Positions 51,986 through 64,000 of a stretch of 64,000 nucleotides of DNA are shown in pieces. The stretch is from Octopus vulgaris (lineage: Eukaryota), in NCBI GenBank assembly GCA_951406725.2, contig OX597814.1, positions 72,044,001-72,108,000 of the forward strand, in the 5' to 3' direction. A program made the translations under genes and the position numbers. Each line of letters opens with the position of its first letter. Positions within the stretch are counted from its first letter, which is position 1. The notes under the pieces are model-generated. The model was given only the letters and a program-made list of their open reading frames with translations. It did not search any database and was not told where the DNA came from.

Positions 51986-53728
51986 TTAATAATTAGGGAG
52001 AGCATTGTCTTGCAATACATTTCATTGAAATATGTATAGTAACTGTTTTAATCTTGTTGAATGAGACTAGGTTGCCATATTCCAGAGTCCTATTTTTCTG
52101 TGATTTAATTTTTTATCCTTTGTTATTTCTTTGTTTAATTGTTTGATGCTGAGGTTTATTTCTGTTTTGAGCAATGTTGGTGGGTTGTGTTTGAGGTTGT
52201 CACAGTTTTTGTTTTTTATACACATTTGGCTGTTTCCTGTGTGTATTTTAGGAGTGGTACTTGACAATGTTGCTTTATGGGATGTTTTTAGGATGTAATT
52301 TTGTTGAATGGGTATATTACAATGTACCATATTTACTAAGCCATACTGCTAATCTCATCATCATCATCGTCATTGTTTAACATCTGTTTTCCATGCTGGT
52401 ATCGGTTGGATGGTTTGACTGGAGACTGGCAAGCCAGGAGGCCACACCAGGCTCCAATCTGATCTGGCAATTTTTCTACAGCTGGATGCCCTTCCTAACA
52501 CCAACTACTCCAAGAGTGTATTGGGTGCTTTTTACATGCCAGACAGAGTCTCTCCCATTCACCAATGTGCAGCTCTTGGAACTGCTATACAGCCATTGGA
52601 ACTGGGCTGTGATCTTGGGAGGCACACTGATGAGCTTGAGAATTTTCCAGAGGGTTGTGTCAAAAGCCACCTTGGGGTTGACAAAAGCAGTGTAGTGGTG
52701 GCAATCTTTGTAGAACTTCTGAGATCTTTCAATGATGACATGAAGGACAAAAAATTAAAGGGACATTTCCAAATTAGTGAACTCTATATTTATGTTAACT
52801 GTCATTCAGAAGTGTTGAGACTTTATAAGGATGTTACATTTCGGTTCTCATTTGAAAATTGCTTTATATTAAGTCTTATTTATATTTCTTGCTAAAACTA
52901 CAATACTAGCTCTGCACTCTGCTTTTTGTTTGTACTTTAATGCATGTTAATTTTCCCCAGCTAACCACATAAATAGGTCAGTGTTGGTAGAGTACAAAAT
53001 AGCCAACCTGGTGCAACTGTCCAACTGGACAACAGACGTTAAATGATGATGGTGATAATGATCACAGAGATGAGAAAAGTGAGAGAATTAGGTGAGGATC
53101 ACATTAGTATTTAGCATATCCAAAACTGAAATGGCCATTAGAAGATGTGGTCAAGCTCATTTTAAGAAACAGAGGTTGGGATAAAGTTATTTTCTTGAAA
53201 TTGCTTGATGAAAAATAAGTCAAAAGTACATGAAAATAGTTGAGTGGGGAGCATTGTTTTATGCCCAAGAAAATTGTGTAAGTGATAAAATAATTAGAAC
53301 AAGGACTAGTGATAAGATACATGACAGCATCCTTGTCCCCTATTTGCAGTAGTTTTAATTGGCAGGCAAAGGGACCAGTTTTTTTAAAGGCTTCATGCAA
53401 CCTACCAGTGTCTGAAAAGATTAAAACAAATACATATAACTTGACTTTCATGATAGGTGTCTATATCTACTCAAAAAAGAACTTTCTTTTTAGTATGTGA
53501 ACTAATATTGCTGGCTATAATAGATTTATATTATCATACATAATCAGTTATGCTAAAGTTCTTTTTAAAATAATGAGTTTACTGTCTCGAGAATGAAACA
53601 GTTCATCCTGTTGATTACATCTTAAATGTAAGTGCAGCATACACTACAGCAACAGTTTTACATTTGTCCTATGGCAGGAGTGTTCCTGTTAAGATTTTTA
53701 AAAAATATACTTATATTTACCTTATCAG

Positions 53729-53808
53729 ATATTTGAAGCACATAGCAAATTCTATCGTTTATTCAGAATTCACTCTACTCTGTGTCTAACCATTCCAGAT
53801 CTAAACAG
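53729..53808 (+). CDS. IQCH: exon of IQCH-like gene
   Basis: ccttatcag / CAG-gtatat; only open frame IFEAHSKFYRLFRIHSTLCLTIPDLN; FYRLFRIH resembles recalled IQCH FARHLFIIH. Confidence 0.65.
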
Positions 53809-55769
53809 GTATATTGTTTCTCATATTTTTTAGTCAGAAGAGAAGGCATGAATTTTTGCAGGGCCTCTGAGACTTATAGGAGGGAGGCAAGACAGTACTC
53901 TCAAACATGAGACCAGTCTAATTTGCTTATAATATAATGGATTCTTCTAAAGGCAACCAAGGTGCGAAGTGGTGGGGTTAAATTAGGTGATAGATTAGTT
54001 CACCCTCAAAATAGGCCACTGCAGAATTTGAACTCATAGCACAAAGTGCCAGAATAAACACTACAAAGTTATCTGGTTTGACATACAGTTTCATCAATCA
54101 ACTGTTTCAAATTGATATTTTTTTATCAACATTGAAAGCAGAATTGATCCTGGTGGGATTTGAACTCAGAATTAAGGGAGCTGGATTAAATTCATTTTAT
54201 TCCTATTTCCCCTTCTATTTTTCAAATGTGCATGTGTAGTCAGACCCATGCAAGCAAGAAAAAACAGATCAAAATGTTAATATATATATATGCAGGTATG
54301 TGTGTGAGAAAAAAGAATAATCTGTACATACAAAGAAGTGATTGGAAAGAATTTCTTTGCAAAAAATGTTGCAATCAAATATTTGCTTAATTAAGCATCA
54401 AGATGTATATATTGTAAAAACTACCAAGGATATGTCATTTCAACCATGCTCACTAAAAGCACTCAATGAAGCGATGTGTAAGTCATGTTCAGTAATGTGT
54501 GTTCTATATGTTTTACAAATATATGTATTTTCGTACATAGAGACTGTATTTCATTTCATATGGGAACTCATACTAACATCATTATCATCATCATAACTTA
54601 ACATCCACTTTTCCATGCTTGCATGGATCAGAGAGAATTTGTTGTGTCAGATTTTCTACAGCTGTTTGTCCTTTGTGTCACCGACCATCATCTGTTTCTC
54701 AGCAAGGTAATATTTCCCTATGACTTGACATGTTTCTCACAGAAGACTGGAAACAATCACTATTCACTTGTATGATGTTGATACTCTGTTACAACCATGT
54801 CAGGACAAAATTACAATCACACACATACACAAACACATGCATGCACACACACGCACACACACATACACACCACAGACTTCATTTGGTTTCCAGATACCAA
54901 ATCCTCTGCAGAAGACACCCAATGTGCTGCACAGTGAGACTGAATCTAAGACCACATGGTTGGACAAACAAGCTTCTTGACCACACAATTGCAACTGTGC
55001 CTATTAACCATAAGAAGTATATGCAGTGAATATATTAAATATAAGTTGTAATATATTTATGTAATACCATAATAGCTTTATATATAGGACATGTCATAAT
55101 ATTTATATATTTGTATGGAATACATTCTACATTGATTATTGGCAACTTTTGGTAAATGGACATTGATCATAATGAAGCCTGACAATATATGTGTGATAAC
55201 AAATCTATATCAAATTCAGGGAATATATTTTACATCAATGCATTTATTGAATAGCAATTTCAGCTTACTCCTTTTAAAATGCCCTCACTTTTTCTGGTGC
55301 AGATTTAGTAGTGTATGTATACACACACACAATCATGCATGCACACACACATACACACACACCTCAACTTAAGTCATTTTGAGTTAGCATCTTTTTTATC
55401 ATTATGTCACTTTTGGGGGTTTTTTTAACATTGGTCTCAGCTAACATGTTTCAAATTAAAAAACACCTAAAAACTAATACTGAAGTGGAATAGCAAATAA
55501 AATACATGTGAAAATATATACAGATTATTTTTTTAAATGGATAAAAGCTAATAATTTTTTTTAATGTATATTGTTACAATGTTTTCACTTATACACATGG
55601 CTTTTGGGACTGATATTTCTGATATTCAATTTCTACATAGCATTGGAATTGGTACCAGGAAATTAAAATTTGTGTTTGTGTTTACTTCGTATAAATTTGT
55701 ACTTTTTTTCATTCACCATGCTCTTCAAGAAAGTTCCTTACTTCTATTCCTTTGGAGGATAAGTTAGCA

Positions 55770-56600
55770 GTGTTCAAACACTATAAAAATGGTGAAAAGA
55801 TTGTAGTGATAGCATGTGCTTATGGCTCAAGTAACATGATGGTATCTAGAATTATTTATGACAAGGAAAGGATTTTAACTCACATCTGAGATATCACTCC
55901 AAAGATGAAGAGTCTCATAATCTCAAAGAAAAAAGGTAAAATCATTAAAAAAATGGAACAGCTTCTTGCCCTTTAGCTTGAATGGCATGTCAGTATATTT
56001 CCATAAGCTAAATGATAATTGAAGAGAAAATGCTCTCATTGTACAGTGACCTTAAGAAATATCCTGATGATATGACAAAGGATATTAAGGCCAGTGTGCA
56101 TGGTCTATGCAATTCCAGCATAATGTTATGGTCCAAGGCAAAAGTGTTTCAGGGGACACTTTAGCAGCAGCTTAGTTTCATGCAACATCAGCAAAGCTTA
56201 TTGAAAATAATTACTTTATTTCCCAATAAATTTTCAATGGAAACCAGGCTTTTCTGGAAAAGAATGCCAGACTGCTCATTCATATCTAAGGAGAAGTCCA
56301 TGCCTGGTTTTAAGGTTTGTAAAGATCATCTGATTCTCATGTTGAGAAGCAGTTGCTTGGTGAAACTGCAAGTTAAAGCCTCTCTTAGTTTATCATGTAG
56401 CAAATCCATGATCACTTCCAATTATATGCATGTCAAACACCAAGGCTTCTGTGACTTGTAATTTTTTTTATTGTTGTTTTTTTTTAATCATTTTGTTCCC
56501 GCAAATACTATAAAGTGCAGAAAATTCCATTCAAGATCTTTTTTATTTTAGAGAATGCTCCTGGCCACCTACTAAATGTGGTTGACATTTATCTTAATAC
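55770..56600 (+). mobile_element. decayed pogo/Tigger transposase
   Basis: CENP-B-type HTH remnants, METRLFWKRMP..KSMPGFKVCKDHL, ILENAPGH. Confidence 0.85.
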
Positions 56601-57143
56601 ACCAACCACCTAACACAACTTGACATAGAAACATGTATAAATGCTGTTTGGAAAAAAACTATGCTCTGGATTTGCAAACAGTGTAAAATTTGGTATGTAA
56701 TGATCATACAGTAGAAATGCTTGAGTTATGTATATATTGATGTATACATTTATCTTTAGCATGTTCCAGCACACACAAATGTAAATGCCATTTGCAGGTG
56801 GATCTTGTCTCAGAAGATAAATATCTTCTGGTAGGCTTTGTGTGTAAGAACACATCTAGCTCTAAAATATATCAGCAAAACATCAGACACCAGTGATTTG
56901 ACTCAATTTCATCTACTCAGTGGTAGACAAGACATTGGTTGTTTGGAGCTTAGACAGAAACTTCTGTACCTGTATAGAAAACAGCAAACAAAATATTTGC
57001 TGAGGCTTGCCAGGCTGGAATTCAGTATAAGTACACAATGCACTGACAATATAATGTTTACACTTATTTTTGCTGTGGGATTTTGTTTCAATGTGAATTA
57101 TCATGTTGATGTGAAGTATGAATTAGTGAAGTTCATTTATATC

Positions 57144-57211
<68 letters not shown>

Positions 57212-57486
57212 TACATGCATATACATATACAGTGTATATATGTATACATATGTGTATAGGTATAAGTGAGAATATCCTTATTTACCTAAAACTCTATTCT
57301 TCTATATATTTTTTTATTCTCCTTTTTTTTATTCTTTTATTTATTCTTCTATCTAATTTACCACTGACTCCTTGACCACTCCCCCAAGTATGATTTTTTT
57401 GCGCTATGCCTACCCCCAAAAAGTCCCCACCACCACCCCTTTAAACCTGCCTAAATGTATAAATGCCAATACAATTCTTGTTAACT

Positions 57487-57537
57487 AGCTTCCTGAAGAT
57501 TTCTCTTGAATGAAACAGTTCTAGTCCTGTAGAAGCT
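57487..57537 (+). ncRNA. type I hammerhead ribozyme in probable PLE pLTR (~57270-57620)
   Basis: AGCUUC-CUGAAGA-U-UUC(UCUU)GAA-U-GAAACAG(UUCUAGUC)CUGUA^GAAGCU; canonical core, 6-bp stem I, 4-bp stem III; AATAAA downstream. Confidence 0.82.
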
Positions 57538-57620
57538 CCTTCTATATAATAAATTAATTTTACTCTGCTATGTATTGAGTACCTTATTTACTGTGGTTAA
57601 CCCCGAATCAACCCGGGACC

Positions 57621-58985
<1,365 letters not shown>

Positions 58986-59266
58986 CCAAAGAAAGGGGAA
59001 AAAATGCAGTGTTAGGAAAGTTTGTATACAGAGATGTGTAGGAGAGATCCATCTATTTACTATATATACTGTCCGATAGAGTTCTAGAAGTATGAACAAA
59101 AACATAAAATAATTGCATACATTGAGAGGCCCGATACTAAATAGAAAATTTGCATTGTTTTAGTTACAAAACTTTACAGTGTTGTTAATACCAATAAAAT
59201 TCATTCAAATGAATGTGTGTGTAAATTTGAAAAAGTATAAGACTTTTGTTTAGCTTGTTATATATA

Positions 59267-61071
59267 CATCCAGAACCACATTAATAGTTTAGGAGTGAAA
59301 TTTAGAATTTCTCATTTTTCTGTAATCACTTTTGATAAAACATTTCCCAGCTAGCTTGCACATTATGCACATATGCCTTTTTGCATGTTATCATGGGTGG
59401 AATGATTTTATTTGTGATAATTGCTTTTACAGTTAGGTATTTTTCTTATCATTAACCACTCAATGCCAAAGTTAGAGAGGAACACACTTTGTTGAAGGCA
59501 AAGTGAGATGGTGTATGTAGTGAGCTTTCTTTGGTGTTCATATTACTACTACCATGTATATTATTCATTCACCTACATTATGAAAAGAGATTTTGAGAAT
59601 GATTGTCCCAATGTGGTCTGCAAGATCTAGTTTATGTTTCAATCTAGCCTGAAAAACCAAATAAGTTTGACACTACTGATCTACAATATCATAGAGACAA
59701 ATAATAATTTTCCAATGTCTGTGATTGTACTGTTATGTTTTGATTAGTCTGTGTGACATCCTTTTTTATTTCAGATTCTTCAGTTTTGGGTGAACCATGC
59801 TAATAGCTTCTAAATGAAAATAGCCCAGGGTAATGATACATTGAGTATACAACAGAAAACAATAATAATATTATAACATTTATTGACATAATAAGTTATT
59901 TAGCCACATGTGCATCATTTTGATGGATAACTTCAAAAGCCCTATTAGTCATGGAATCTGTTAACTTCTTAATAGTAGCAGCTTGGACTGCCTCTGCTGC
60001 AGTTTTGATGGTTGCCCATATGATACCTTTCAACTTAAATTGGTGTCCATCAGCATAAACATCTTGTTTAATGATGGACCAAAGATTTTCAATAGGGTTG
60101 AGATCCAGTGATGCTAGCAGCCACACCATCAAGCTTTCACCTTGTATCCCATAAGATCCTAGGAATGTTTGAGTGATCCTAGCTGTGTGGGAGGGAGCAT
60201 TGCCATGCATGAATACAAGATTCCTTAGAAGTGACAGCAGTATTTCATCTAGCCAGAGATCCAAGACCTTCAGGAGATTGCATTAGGCAGCTGCAGTCAC
60301 TTTAAACTCTTCAGGCACCCTAGCTGGGCCAACAACTCTGTCCCCAAATATACCAGCCCACAACATGACTCCTCCACCCTGTTCTTGATATCATAAATAT
60401 TGGTGACCCAACCATTTTTCCCAACTGTCAGATTCATCAAGGGTCACCCTGGTTTCGTCAGTGAACAGAACACAACTCATGTGTAACATCATGTATATTT
60501 GAGTCCATTGAAGCCTCAACTCCTGTGAAGAGGCAGTTTCGGGAGTTCTCACATGGAAGCCATGGTTCCAAAGGTGTGATTTCTGGTGGTTTTCGGTATG
60601 TAAGGAAGTCTGGAGGTGGTGAAAATGGTTTTACTTGTTTGTCCCGGTTTCTCATACAACTTGTAGCCAATATTCCTTAAATCCCTAGTTGTCACAGTCT
60701 TGGAGGTTCCACATTTCTTCTTTGGTGCTCGTGTGGCTAAATAATTCATTATATCAATAAATGTTATAATATTATTATGGTTTTCTGTTAAATATATACT
60801 TAATGTATACTTAATATGTATCATTACTCTTCATTTTGTAGAAAAAAAATGTCTATATGGGCTATATTCATTCAGAAGCTATTAGTGTGGTTCATCCAAA
60901 AACTGAGAAACTGAAATAAAAAAAGAAAGGACATTACACAGAATAATCAAAATATAACAATGGTGTTGCCTGAGTGTGCAAACCAGCTAGGATAAGTTTT
61001 ATCAAAATCGATTCACAGAAAACCGAGAAATCCTAAATTTCACTCTTAAGCTATTAGCATGGTTCTGGGTG
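59267..61071 (-). mobile_element. decayed Tc1-family transposon with long IR/DR-type TIRs
   Basis: TA-CATCCAGAACC ... GGTTCTGGGTG-TA; inner repeats ~59760-59825 and ~60858-60920; FMHGNAPSH, SLDLNPIENLW; left TIR interrupted at ~59365-59720. Confidence 0.88.
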
Positions 61072-61798
61072 TAGACAAATGGAAGAGGAAATCAGTCACA
61101 GCTTTTAGTATATTGATTCATAAACTTCTTTTTCATAGGTTGAAATAAACAGTTCTTTTATTTATATAAAATTGTGCGAGTGATGGATTAAGCCTTGCCT
61201 CATGGTTTATGTTTGACACCCCAGGTCTTATGCAGTGACAAAGATTGTTAGCATTGGAGCCTATATAGTGACAAACTGTACTCCTTCCATGTCTAGGTGG
61301 TTCTTCATTTTGCATATGTAGAAGTGTGGAGATAGGTTGTGGTTTATTTGCAGTGAAATGTACTTTTTTGTTTTCTTTTGTACACCAATGTAAAATGTCA
61401 TTCTTGTCTATGTCCCCTTCAACTGGGACTATTGGCAGGACTAATATCATAGATTTGTTTTGTTGTTTCTTTGTGTTGCCCAAATATAGAACTAGTGAGT
61501 ACTGTTAATGTAATTTATGTATCATTTTGCTTTATCTCTATGTCTTCCATATTTGATGTAAATGAATGTTGCAGAGGTGCTGCATGTAATTTATAGTATT
61601 TTTCTAATTTGTGTGTATGTGAAAGAGAGAGAGATAGTGTATATGTGTGCATTACATTTATATATATATATATATATATTGTTATGTGTACTGTTTGTTA
61701 GAATTGATTTTTTTCTATGTTGTTGGTTAGAAAATAGTGTTAATAGACCCAGGCTACTCTTTTTGAACACATAACTACTGTTATGTTGTTATTATCAG

Positions 61799-61925
61799 AT
61801 CAAACTTTACAAAGCATGTAATGTTCCTTAAAACAGTTTGTAATTATAATTTTCAGTCCCATAACCCATTGAAGACTTTGTCTTCAGATTTATCAAATAT
61901 AGATCAGCCTGATAGAACCCCATAA
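61799..61925 (+). CDS. IQCH: terminal coding exon of IQCH-like gene
   Basis: ttattatcag acceptor, phase 2; (R)SNFTKHVMFLKTVCNYNFQ...DRTP-TAA; SNFTK..L.TV resembles recalled IQCH TNFK..I.TI; AATAAA at 62141, 62207, 62260. Confidence 0.6.
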
Positions 61926-62809
61926 TATCTTCAATTGCATAGTCTGAAATTGTGAATGCAAAAAGTAAATGAAGTGAAATAGCTCAGAAAATAACCAAGC
62001 TGGCATTATACCTTCAGCATATTGCCACTTTACACTTTACACCATCTCACTTTGCCTTCAACAAAGTGTGTTCCTCTCTAACTTTGGCATTGAGTGGTTA
62101 ATGATAAGAAAAATACCTAACTGTAAAAGCAATTATCACAAATAAAACCATTCCACCCATGATAACATGCAAAAGGCATGTAGAACATTAACAAAAAAGC
62201 ATTAACAATAAAAGAAACACTTAATGCTTATCAGCATTCTAATTTAACTTTTATTTATTAATAAATTCTTGTTTCTTTTCCCCTTATATATCCAATGTCA
62301 TTTTATATACTAGCATATATTTACATCCACCCCCACCCCCTCACACATGAATACAATTACATATATGCATGCAGGCAGAAAGACTCTTATTTATTTATTC
62401 ATTTGTGTGTGTGTGTGTGTGTGAATTGAATATATTAGACTTACTTTAATGTGATGTTTCTTTCAAATGATTCCGACTCATGTTTCAGATGCATTTATAT
62501 ATTTTTCTTCATGAACTACCACAGACTGATATGTAATTATTATAAACTGCTAAACTTGAAGAGCTTGTATTTCACATAGTAAATGACATATTTAGAATTA
62601 AGTTTCTGGTTTGGCTTAAATGTCAATAAAAAAAAAATGCTCATTTAATGACAAGTTATTAGCTTTTCAGATCAATATACTATTGTTTGGATTGGAAGAA
62701 GGCAATGAACTGGCAGAAACAGTTGATCAGACTAAAAGACTACCATTATTTAAGATTACTGCCCCTCAACATTGTCAGCTCAACCCCTTCAATTCCTTTC
62801 ATTCAACCA

Positions 62810-63556
62810 CATCATCATCATCATCATCATCATCGTTTAACGTCCGTTCTCCATGCTAGCATGGGTTGGACAGTTCGACCAGGGATCGGGAAAGCCAGAA
62901 GGCTGCACCAGGCTCCAGTCTTATCTGGCAATGTTTCTACAGCTGGATGCCCTTCCTAACGCCAACCACTCCGTGAGTGTAGTGGTTGCTTTTTACGTGC
63001 CACCTGCACAGGTGCCAGGCGAGGCTGGCAACGGCCATGGTCGGATTGGTGCATTTTACGTGCCACCGGCACGGAAGCCAGTCGAGGCGGCACTGACATC
63101 AGCCACGATTCGGATGGTGCTTTTTACGTGCCACCGGCACGGAAGCCATTCGAGGCAGCGCTGGCATCGGCCACGATTTGGATAGTGCTTTTTACGTACC
63201 ACCAGTCCAGGGGTCCTGGCATCTGCCGGGTGCCAGTCATAGGATTGGTTCAATTTCGATTCCGATTTCGATTTTACTTGCCCCAACAGGCCTTCGCAAG
63301 CAGAAGGGGGTTGGCATGGGTGCCTGTTGTCGGATGAGGTTCTATATCGACTTCGCTTGCCTCAACAGGTCTTTGTGTGTCCAAGGGAGGAAAGGCATGC
63401 ATAAGTGGGCTGGACTCACTTGTCCTGCCTGGTCTTCTCACGCACAGCATATTTCCAAAGGTCTCGGTCGCTGGTCATTTCCTCAGTGAGGCCTAAAGTT
63501 CGAAGGTCGTGCTTCACCACCTCGTCCCAGGTTTTCCTGGGTCTACCTCTTCCACG
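62810..63556 (-). mobile_element. RTE 3' fragment
   Basis: (ATC)n, modular 3' UTR and GRGRPRKTWDEVVKHDLR on the minus strand. Confidence 0.92.
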
Positions 63557-64000
63557 GAGTTTATAAAATTACTACCAACTAAGTATTAAGTTCAAGTTAC
63601 TCTATTATACTTCTGTCCTGCTATTTGCAGCTTTATGCTAATCAAAGAGATCATTTTAGTAGAAATGTGTAAAAGACATTTAATCAATATATTGGAATTG
63701 TATTTTGCAATATTTTAATGTTTGTGTCATCAAAACTTGGGATGACAATCTCTACTTTATGAATACTATCTTAAATACTGCCTCCAATGGTTACATACAT
63801 TGCTATTGCTATTAAACACTGATCATGAAGATAAAAAGAAGTTTTAAAAAATAACATAGCTATAATTTTTTCAATGAATGAAAATAAGCAAAATATGTTG
63901 GTGGTATTTCTAATAAATCAAATATTTTTATCTTTACTCATAACACTATCATAGGTCAGTATGTACCAAACTACAAAAGCATAGCTATTCCACTCATTTA

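Noticed and set aside
56798-57030. Two phase-compatible candidate exons (WILSQKINIF; GRQDIGCLELRQK...)
   Set aside because: No similarity to the expected IQCH continuation, which is supplied directly by 61799-61925

Overview
AT-rich eukaryotic genomic DNA made almost entirely of intron and repeat sequence. The repeat families suggest an Octopus/coleoid cephalopod genome (inference). Small + strand exons (~10-62 kb) join into the C-terminal part of a diverged IQCH-like protein, with a stop at 61923-61925; this call rests on recalled similarity, not a search. The introns contain one near-intact RTE-clade LINE (APE + RT + PHD-like finger) and about 12 truncated copies. They also hold Penelope-like elements (PLEs) with TSDs and inverted pseudo-LTRs, pLTR-only palindromes, mariner/Tc1/pogo relics, TTAA and TA MITEs, a solo LTR, tRNA-SINEs and long microsatellites. 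The most notable signal is a set of hammerhead ribozyme motifs. A 2.2-copy tandem array of a ~357-bp structured unit (31579-32359) carries a type I hammerhead in each full unit on the minus strand, which is retrozyme-like and predicts a 358-nt self-excised monomer. A canonical-core hammerhead lies at 57487-57537, and variant-core hammerhead-like folds occur in three different PLE pLTR families. Most ORF-track entries, including all IYIY/CVCV ones, are artefacts.
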